DNA from: Thermoplasmatales archaeon | Lineage (GTDB): Archaea; Thermoplasmatota; E2; DHVEG-1 | Length of the DNA: 58,192 nt | Assembly: GCA_041305025.1 (NCBI GenBank) | Contig: JBFYMG010000057.1 | Coordinates: 1 to 58,192, forward strand | Reading direction: 5' to 3' | Part shown: positions 50,961 through 58,192 of the stretch, one piece after another | Layout: each line of letters opens with the position of its first letter | Numbering within the stretch: the stretch's first letter is position 1 | Position numbers and translations under genes: made by a program | The notes under the pieces: model-generated | What the model saw: the letters and a program-made list of their open reading frames with translations, nothing else | Databases searched by the model: none | What the model was told of the DNA's origin: nothing

Positions 50961-52000
50961 CGGGTCCTCTCCGAAAAATCAACAATCGAACCAAAGCTTA
51001 AATCTTCGATGTCTAGTTGATCAAGCCATCTCTGTTTGCATGTACAATCAAGACCTTCAAAAACTTTTACATCTTGCTGCAAGGAAAACTTTGAGATTGC
51101 ATCAAGGATTTTATGATCGCATGCTGGACAGTTGTGCGCTCCGCGCCTGCTTCCACCGCCCGATATATCACATTTAATCAGGGCATCTGTTAGTTTTTTA
51201 CTTTGTTTAAGTATTTCTACGGCACTCCATAACCACGGAGGACGATATTGATTTCTTTTCCAGAGGTAGTCTACAACGGTATGGCGCTGTATGTTTGTCG
51301 GGTTAAATGATACGATATCAGTATAGGATTGGATGTCTTTAACAGTACAAATACTATCTTCGATAGATGCTTTTTCTGTGATAAACGGTGGTTTTACAAG
51401 CACATATGTTTTCAGTTTGAATTTATGTTTTTTTAAAAGTTTGGCGGCTTTTTTGTAGTCGTCAAACGTGAATCCTTTGTTAATTGAATGCTCTCGTAAA
51501 AAATCATTTGAGGTTTCAAGACCTATGCCTACCTCAAAAGTTTTTGATCGAACAAAATCTTTTATCTCTGATAATTTTTCATCTTTCACGTATTCCGGTC
51601 TTGATTCTACAGATATTTTATCTGCTCTTTCAGAAAGAGTGCAAAGGATTTTTTCCCTTATTTTTGGCGTAACTTCACTGTCATCCAAAAAACTGCCAGA
51701 GTTAAATATTTTGACGATTTTTTCTCCGGAATACCTCTTCATGACGGCCTCAAATTGTTTTAGCAAGTCGGCCTCAGATACTTTTTCCCACATGCTGTCG
51801 TTGAAATATCCGCACATTGTGCATCCGGATTTGAGAGCCCATGAACAACCTCTTGTCCTGAAAATAATAACATAGGCATCAACAGTTTTGCCATCTAAAA
51901 CATCTTTTTCAGACCAAGAGTGAACTGGTTTTGTTGGATCGCGTATCTTTGGCGTAAAATCTTTTTTGAGACTTTTACAAAATTGTATTAGTTCATTCAT
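50957..52000 (-). CDS. Archaeosine biosynthesis radical SAM protein RaSEA (TIGR01210-like)
   Basis: IIFRTRGCSWA..SGCTMCGY, FNSGSFLD, ESRPE, GLET, INKG, RPPWLWS, RGAHNC..CD. Confidence 0.9.
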   Translation of the reverse strand: MNELIQFCKSLKKDFTPKIRDPTKPVHSWSEKDVLDGKTVDAYVIIFRTRGCSWALKSGCTMCGYFNDSMWEKVSEADLLKQFEAVMKRYSGEKIVKIFNSGSFLDDSEVTPKIREKILCTLSERADKISVESRPEYVKDEKLSEIKDFVRSKTFEVGIGLETSNDFLREHSINKGFTFDDYKKAAKLLKKHKFKLKTYVLVKPPFITEKASIEDSICTVKDIQSYTDIVSFNPTNIQRHTVVDYLWKRNQYRPPWLWSAVEILKQSKKLTDALIKCDISGGGSRRGAHNCPACDHKILDAISKFSLQQDVKVFEGLDCTCKQRWLDQLDIEDLSFGSIVDFSERTR

Positions 52001-53196
52001 GTCTTTTTGTCTTTATTTTTGCGTTTGAAAATTAAAACGACTGCGATTAGCGAAATTATGAAGATTATTGCTTCAAAACCCGGTACTGAAACATATTTTA
52101 TCGTTGGCGATACTGCCACCGGTGGCGTTTCGGTTCCAACACCTGTTTCACCTGCGACTTCGAAGTAATACAACTGATTATCCTCAATTATATTGCTGAA
52201 TGTATTAGCCTCTACTTTAGCTTGAAACTTTTGCAAGGCATCTTTACTCATTTGGCCAGGGTTTGTGTCAGTTACAATATCAAAAGTATAGTTCTTTTCA
52301 GCAAATACTCGCATAGTTACATTTTTATCTTTTGGCCATCCTTCATATTTAGGATAGGTAACATAGTATTCTCCTTCTTTGTCGGTTACATCAATAGAAG
52401 TGCCGTTATCAAGCGTATAATAAAGTCTTGTTATGTCGGCATTTACTTTAAACTTAATCGAGGTTGCAGAGCCAACTCTTGGGCGTTTGATAGAATTATT
52501 AGCATCAAGAGGTTCTGGAACAATAATTGCATTATCACTGAAAGTAAAAGTACCTTGATGCTCAGTTTTATGGTTACTGCCGTCTTTAGCGGACAGCGTA
52601 AAACTTAATGTCGTTTCATTTTTTATGCTGTCGTTTTCATATGTGTATCTAAAAATATTATCTGTAAATTCGTAACCATCAGGACTTATTGTTTCACCAT
52701 TTATAGATAAAGTTATATCAGATTTTTGCACACCAAAATTGTCAGTTATTTTAGCAACTATTTTAACAGAGTTACCAAACTCTTGCATATCGGGTAGCAC
52801 TACTAAGCTGACTTTGGGTTTTTCATCGTCATAAAATGGAGTATTACAGAGCACCATTAGCACAATGAGCCATGTGAGAAAATAAATTCCATAGGTAGAA
52901 AACCACCCTTTCTTACCAAAATCGGCAAGATCAATATTGAGTCTGAGGAATATGTATTTTATCCATGCTGCATTGAACACGCCAACCAGCAAAACCAAAA
53001 GCCATCTATAAGATTCTCCACTTAAAAGCGCCCAGAAACCAAATGATACAACGGCCAGTAGCATACCGAATAAAAACGCGATAAATGTTGTTTTGATGTT
53101 TCTTCGTTCTCTACGCAGGAAACTTTCTTCATCAAACTTTGGAATTTTAAAGTCGATTTCTTCATCCACCGTTGTTTCTTTTCGCCTTTTCGCCAT
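51997..53196 (-). CDS. Membrane protein with an N-terminal TM bundle, an extracellular domain and a C-terminal PGF-CTERM-like sorting signal
   Basis: Hydrophobic helices in the first ~120 aa; C-terminus VPGFEAIIFIISLIAVVLIFKRK. Confidence 0.8.
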   Translation of the reverse strand: MAKRRKETTVDEEIDFKIPKFDEESFLRRERRNIKTTFIAFLFGMLLAVVSFGFWALLSGESYRWLLVLLVGVFNAAWIKYIFLRLNIDLADFGKKGWFSTYGIYFLTWLIVLMVLCNTPFYDDEKPKVSLVVLPDMQEFGNSVKIVAKITDNFGVQKSDITLSINGETISPDGYEFTDNIFRYTYENDSIKNETTLSFTLSAKDGSNHKTEHQGTFTFSDNAIIVPEPLDANNSIKRPRVGSATSIKFKVNADITRLYYTLDNGTSIDVTDKEGEYYVTYPKYEGWPKDKNVTMRVFAEKNYTFDIVTDTNPGQMSKDALQKFQAKVEANTFSNIIEDNQLYYFEVAGETGVGTETPPVAVSPTIKYVSVPGFEAIIFIISLIAVVLIFKRKNKDKKT

Positions 53197-53268
53197 CGGA
53201 GTGGGATATAGTTCTTATTTAAAGGTTTTTCCCATGTTGTATTCTTTTGTATGGAGATTTTACGCAGT

Positions 53269-54771
53269 TTACAGGAACTCGATTCCCTCTGGTAATTTGT
53301 CCAAATATTTTCTAAAAGCTTTAGGCCAATGCTCTGGATCGAGCCCTTTTTGTGCTAAAAATGCAGTAGTCCATCGTTCGAGACCAATTCCTGAGCATCC
53401 GCTCCATAGTTCGCTTTTTTGCGTCTTGATATTGAATGCAGAGATGTATTTGTCTCCCAAAATACTTAAGTTTTGGAACTCAAGCCACTCTGAATCTTTT
53501 CTGTTGCCACGGTACGGCATATACGCCTCAAAATCAATAGTTCCCGTATCCTGTTCACTTATTTCTCCAATTTTTCCCGCTTGCTGCATATACCAGGGAG
53601 TTACCCAGGCCATGCGCCATTCTAAATCGAAAATATCGTTAAACACGTGTTTGTATCTTTCTAAAAGTTTCTCACGAAGAGCAAGCAATTGTTCTCGTGT
53701 CCCAATATAAACTGGTTCAATACGGTGAAACTCATCAACACGTTCGATTCCATGACGTCCGCCAGATTCATACCTGCAACTGATGGCGGTTTTATCATAC
53801 ACTAACACAGGAAGTGACTTCTCCGCAATAGTTTTGCCTTTAAACGACCAGTAAATCATCGGGCACTGGGCGTAACAAATACCAGCAGTTGGTGTGCTCA
53901 GGTTTTTTACCAGCTCTTCAACAGGTATTTCTTTTGTGATTTTCGTGAGATCAATAAACCGCTCCCAATCTTTTGCATCACGTGTTTTTGGCTCCGCGAC
54001 ATAATAAAACTCGTAGGGCATTCCTTCCATATGGCCTGTTTTTATCCAGATATCAAACGGCTTGATGTGTGATTCAATGACTTCCTGAAAGCCGAGTGGT
54101 TTTAACACTTCTTCAATTGCAATTTCTTCCATGACTTTGAGAATTGCGGCAGCCTGCGGACGATAGAACCATTTGCCTTTTGTTGGGCCCTGCTTCAGCC
54201 AATCAAGCTTTTCCATTTCTTCCGTTGGATCTTTTGACCATACCGACTTTTTCTCGTCAGATTTCCAAATCAGTTTCCAAAACTCTGCTTTCCCTTCATA
54301 GTATTGATTCTGAACTTTCTCTTTCACAAGATTAATCATGCGGTCGATGTAGTTTCTCCGCAAAAATTCTTCTGACACATCTTTTAACAGGATTGTTGCT
54401 TGTTTTCCTACAATTTTTACATCAGCAAATGGAATTGTCACATCTTTAAGCGGTTCTTTCTCAAGCTCAAAGGTGATTGTGTATTTTTCAATAGTAATTT
54501 CTCGTACGCCGAGATGGTGTTTTTTGCCTAGTTCTTTGCTGAGCGCATTTTTTATCTGGAGAAGTGCGTTATGAGGCCGAAATGCTCCTTCTGAAACAAT
54601 AGTCAGGACGAGTTTTTTGCCATCAACCTTAAAATGTTCAATTGTTGCAAGTTTTTCCGGACCTTTTTTCAGAATGGTTTCATTTGTTGTATCAATAAAA
54701 TTCTCGATTTCTTTTGAAATTTTTGAGATATCATCGCTCAGAGTAAACGTTCCTTTTAAATCGAATTTCAT
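53269..54771 (-). CDS. serS: Serine--tRNA ligase, methanogen-type (atypical) SerRS
   Basis: YAQCP, YESGG.HGIERVDEFHRIE and WSGCSGIGLERW carry the Cys/Glu/Cys zinc ligands; the N-terminal domain is of the methanogen type. Confidence 0.92.
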   Translation of the reverse strand: MKFDLKGTFTLSDDISKISKEIENFIDTTNETILKKGPEKLATIEHFKVDGKKLVLTIVSEGAFRPHNALLQIKNALSKELGKKHHLGVREITIEKYTITFELEKEPLKDVTIPFADVKIVGKQATILLKDVSEEFLRRNYIDRMINLVKEKVQNQYYEGKAEFWKLIWKSDEKKSVWSKDPTEEMEKLDWLKQGPTKGKWFYRPQAAAILKVMEEIAIEEVLKPLGFQEVIESHIKPFDIWIKTGHMEGMPYEFYYVAEPKTRDAKDWERFIDLTKITKEIPVEELVKNLSTPTAGICYAQCPMIYWSFKGKTIAEKSLPVLVYDKTAISCRYESGGRHGIERVDEFHRIEPVYIGTREQLLALREKLLERYKHVFNDIFDLEWRMAWVTPWYMQQAGKIGEISEQDTGTIDFEAYMPYRGNRKDSEWLEFQNLSILGDKYISAFNIKTQKSELWSGCSGIGLERWTTAFLAQKGLDPEHWPKAFRKYLDKLPEGIEFL

Positions 54772-54799
54772 ATTAAAAATCCCTATAAATTATTGATTA

Positions 54800-55024
54800 T
54801 TAATGTTTATCCACAACTTCTTTGGCAACGGAGACACAAGCCAGATAATCATCCAGAGTATGAATAAGTGAAGAAACGGACTTGCTTTCAATGTGTGCTT
54901 CAAGTCGTTTTCCTTTTGCTTGTGATTTAATAAAATCAAAATTGTCAATTTCTACCGATTTTAGAACTTTTTTTGCTTTTTCAGCATCATCAAATTCTAT
55001 AACTACATTGCATGAGGCTTTCAT
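54800..55024 (-). CDS. pcc1: KEOPS complex subunit Pcc1
   Basis: A.KVLKSVEIDN..SLIHTLDDYLACVSVA; sits in the conserved rps15-recJ-pcc1 order. Confidence 0.88.
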   Translation of the reverse strand: MKASCNVVIEFDDAEKAKKVLKSVEIDNFDFIKSQAKGKRLEAHIESKSVSSLIHTLDDYLACVSVAKEVVDKH

Positions 55025-56376
55025 GGTTTTCCACCTTTCATCTGCTGAGTAATAATTTTATCAACTGTAACTAAAAATTCTTCTTCTTTTTTCAAGGCAA
55101 TAGTTGCACCTGCTGCAATTTTATGACCGCCACCATGACCGTTTAGTGGAGCTGCTGCTTCTTTCATTGCTGAACCTAGATCAAGCCCATTATTTACCAG
55201 ATATTGATTTCCTCTGCTGGAAACGTGTATCTCATCATTTTTTCGTGCCAAAGAAATCAGAGGTTTTTCTTTATCAAAGATAAAATTCATTGCAATACCT
55301 CCTACTACACCACCCAATGAAGAATCATTGCTATGGAAAAAACGTATGCTTTTTTTCTCTTTAGCACCGTCTTTTTCTAGCCGTAACAATTCGTCAAGAA
55401 TCTTTTGCTTATACTCTTTTTCAAGTTTTATCGCTTCATCAAGGGCTTTTTTGTCATTGAGGCATATCGCCAGTCCAAGGCCTCGGTTTCCTCCCTTTCC
55501 GCACGCATCAAGCAAGTCTGCAAAACGCTCTAGTTAACATTGCAAAAGATCAGACCAATATCGTTCTCTTATAACTGTGTCGATGATGTTTTTTTCGCAA
55601 CCATTTTTTATCAATTTAAAAAGAAGAATCGACTGAAGTTGCTTTTTCTTATTATCATCAAGCTCCTCGATTTTTGTGTTTTTTTCAAGGTGCAACTTTT
55701 CCAATAATTTTGATATGCCTTCGTTGTCTCCTGATAAACCAGTATAATACGGATCAATGGAATAATACAAACCATCTGCCAGTGATTTGCCATTAAGTTT
55801 GATTCCGACACTTTGCTTTAGATAACCATTTTTTAGTGCTTCGTCAAGAATTGTTTTATTGTACCCTTTCACCCCACCGATATATTGCTTATCGCCAATT
55901 GCACCGGCTATTGCCAATGGTGCTAAGTCAGCATTTCCGAAATCTAGGGTTTTTGCAACGGAAAAACTAAGCGTAGCGCCGCATGCCTCGTAATTGCCAT
56001 CGATACCACATAAATTCGCATTAATCTGAAGAACATCATTGCTGTCCGGTTTTGATTTAAGATACTGGTGATGATCAATAATTATTACTTTGCAACCAAA
56101 TTTTTCCATGGTTTCTATCTGGCCGCTACCCATATCAGAAAAAATAATCATCTCGTTTTGTTCTTGTTTAACTCGTTCTAACCCTTGTGTAAAAGGATTT
56201 CTCATGAGTGTTGCATGAAAATCATAACCCGCCCGATGCAGTGCAGTGCACATTATGCCAGCAGATGTGATTCCATCAGCATCATAGTGAGAAACAACTC
56301 TAATTCTAGTTGCTTTTGGCATCGATAAAATCATTTCTGATGCTTTTTTGCTAAGTTCTAAAATATCATCTGCCAT
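55021..56376 (-). pseudogene. DHH-family RecJ/GAN-like nuclease interrupted by one in-frame TAA (55534-55536)
   Basis: SHYDADG, SDMGSG, IDHH and AIGD motifs before the stop; GGGH.IAAGA (DHHA1) after it in the same frame (..DLLQC*LERFADLLDACGK..). Confidence 0.8.
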
Positions 56377-56424
56377 AGTCAATGCTAATAGTATAATGCG
56401 TTTATCATCTAAAAATATAGATGC

Positions 56425-56880
56425 TTATTCAAACATCAGTTTTGCTTGCTCAGGAGTGTATTTCCAGTCTTTCGGAAGTCTGCCTTGTGTATGATAATAT
56501 TTTGTAAGACGTCTTATTTTTGATTCTATGAGCGAAAGGTTTCTTTGATTCTTCAGATCTTTTTTATGATCCTCGATGTGTTTTTTTAATTGTAAGGTTC
56601 TGCTAATAAGATTTCTTAAATCCTCAGGAATTTCTGGTTTTATGTTATTTTCTTCAAGGATCTTGGCCACTTTTTTTCCTGTTGCAACCTTTATGTCTGG
56701 CACAGCGTATTGATCTCTTAGAATAAGGCCAATTTCGCTGGTGGATTTTCCATTATTTGAAAGTTCTAATACAAGGGATTCTATTTCTCTGGGGTTTAAC
56801 GAACTCCAATCAGGGTGTTTTTTTCGAAGTAGACGGGTGGATCCCGCTATCCCTTTTCTTCTTGCGTGAATTCTTGCCAT
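56425..56880 (-). CDS. rps15: 30S ribosomal protein S15 (S13e-type)
   Basis: MARIHARRKG.AGS, S.IGLILRDQY, PEDL.NL, LIESKIRRL.KYY. Confidence 0.96.
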   Translation of the reverse strand: MARIHARRKGIAGSTRLLRKKHPDWSSLNPREIESLVLELSNNGKSTSEIGLILRDQYAVPDIKVATGKKVAKILEENNIKPEIPEDLRNLISRTLQLKKHIEDHKKDLKNQRNLSLIESKIRRLTKYYHTQGRLPKDWKYTPEQAKLMFE

Positions 56881-56964
56881 TGTCTTTTACTCCATAAAGT
56901 AAGAGTTCTGAATAAGCTAGTAATATATAAAATTAAAGGTTGAAAAAGGGCATAGAACCAAAAT

Positions 56965-57978
56965 TTATTCATTTTCGTAGAATTTTTTCATATCATCAAG
57001 AGACATGGGTTCGTAATCAAACGCGTGACCTGCGCTGCCAAATTTTATATAACGCTCCATTACAATCTTTTTCATTGCATCTCTTGACGGTCCCAAATAT
57101 TTTCTCGGGTCAAATTGCTCAGGATGTTCTTTCAGGAACTTTCTGATAGTGGCAGTTACTGCAAGTCTTAGATCGGTATCAACATTTACCTTTCTCACCC
57201 CTGCTTTAATTCCTTCCTGAATTGCCCATAAAGGAACTCCATATGTTTCTGGGATTGCACCGCCATATTTATTTATCTGAGCGATCAATTCTTGTGGTAC
57301 TGATGATGAACCGTGCATTACCATATGCAAGTCTGGGCAAAGCTCGTGGATTTTTCTAATAATGTCCATTGCAAGTAGGTTTTTATCTGGAGATGGTTTG
57401 ATTTTGAATTTGTACGCACCATGACTTGTTCCTATTGCAACAGCTAGCGCATCAACATTTGTTTTTTCTACAAACTCTTTTACTTGGCCAGGGTCTGTTA
57501 ATTTTTCTCGTCCAGAACCTATTCCGTCTTCAATTCCACCCAGACAACCGAGTTCCCCTTCAACTGTTATTCCGAGAGGATGAGCAATGTTTACTACCTT
57601 TCTTGTGATTTCGATGTTGCTATCAAAATCTCTTGGTGTTTTTCCATCTTTTTGTAAGGATCCATCCATCATAACAGATGAAAAACCTAGATCAATTGCT
57701 GTTTGACATATTTCTACACTTGTTCCGTGATCAAGATGAAGTGCTATAGGAATTTTTGGATATTTTTCAATACAAGCATTCATAATGTTTCTCAAAAATA
57801 TCAGATCAGAATACTCTAGCGCTCCTTTTGATGCGGCCATAATGACAGGAGATTTTACTTCTTCAGCACCGCTCATAATAGCTTGCGATTGTTCCATGTT
57901 GTTTACATTAAAATGTGGCACTCCGTAGCCTTTTTTTGCTGCTTCATCCAGTATTTGCCTCATTGGAACTAGTGGCAT
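56965..57978 (-). CDS. fba: Class II fructose-bisphosphate aldolase (bacterial type)
   Basis: HLDHG, SVMMDGS, VEGELG, AIGTSHGAYK, VMHGSS, KVNVDTD, DPRKYL. Confidence 0.94.
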   Translation of the reverse strand: MPLVPMRQILDEAAKKGYGVPHFNVNNMEQSQAIMSGAEEVKSPVIMAASKGALEYSDLIFLRNIMNACIEKYPKIPIALHLDHGTSVEICQTAIDLGFSSVMMDGSLQKDGKTPRDFDSNIEITRKVVNIAHPLGITVEGELGCLGGIEDGIGSGREKLTDPGQVKEFVEKTNVDALAVAIGTSHGAYKFKIKPSPDKNLLAMDIIRKIHELCPDLHMVMHGSSSVPQELIAQINKYGGAIPETYGVPLWAIQEGIKAGVRKVNVDTDLRLAVTATIRKFLKEHPEQFDPRKYLGPSRDAMKKIVMERYIKFGSAGHAFDYEPMSLDDMKKFYENE

Positions 57979-57989
57979 ATTTTTTCACC

Positions 57990-58192
57990 TCATACTTCAT
58001 AAAATATTTTTGCTTCATCAAGTCTTTCTTTTGGAACTGTCTTTAATTTTCCAACAGCTGCTTCGAGGGGTACTGAAACTATTTCAATTCCTTGGAGGGC
58101 TACCATTTTTCCGAACTCGCCGTTTTCTATCATGTCTGCTGCACGGATTCCAAGACGTGTTGCTAAATTGATATCAAATGCTGTTGGTGTCC
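57990..58192 (-). CDS. pfkA: PfkA-family 6-phosphofructokinase, C-terminal fragment at the window edge
   Basis: Manual translation: TPTAFDINLATRLGIRAADMIENGEFGKMVALQGIEIVSVPLEAAVGKLKTVPKERLDEAKIFYEV*; directly upstream of fba. Confidence 0.8.
   Translation of the reverse strand, partial: TPTAFDINLATRLGIRAADMIENGEFGKMVALQGIEIVSVPLEAAVGKLKTVPKERLDEAKIFYEV

Overview
Archaeal chromosomal window, most consistent with Thermoplasmatota (Marine Benthic Group D / Thermoprofundales-like). This is inferred from archaeal ribosomal proteins, KEOPS Pcc1, EndoQ, NreA and RaSEA occurring together with gyrBA, C25 gingipain-like peptidases and a methanogen-type SerRS. Most of the window is housekeeping: purSL, gyrBA, ribB-ribL-ribC-ribH, oapABC, rad50-mre11, rps3ae, rps15, rps17e, serS, fba and pfkA. 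Two accessory loci stand out. (1) An AT-rich block at about 20.2-27.3 kb looks like an undescribed archaeal RiPP system. It has a 28-aa precursor missed by the ORF track (21326..21412, MKYTKPKMKSVNKEITYGSLHVPECPVG) with a YxxP motif and a C-terminal CaaX-like CPVG. Around it lie a radical SAM enzyme, a PqqD/RRE protein, two UbiA prenyltransferases, a C39-like peptidase and two methyltransferases of carboxyl-methylating families (ICMT-like and LCM-like). (2) A surface-protein operon at 1-8.8 kb suggests a donor-strand-exchange filament. Two tandem small secreted proteins and a PKD membrane anchor share a mature N-terminal xDxVx(L/I/F)TFDP strand, and a 2025-aa adhesin ends in a domain resembling the small proteins but without that strand. 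Other observations: a clear box C/D guide RNA (11848..11903), a Lys-rich N-terminal tail on GyrB, an ATA-free codon patch across gyrB/gyrA, a CTG start on rps17e, and an in-frame stop in the RecJ/GAN gene. All family assignments come from motif recognition by eye, not database searches. No tRNA, rRNA, CRISPR array, integrase or transposase was seen.
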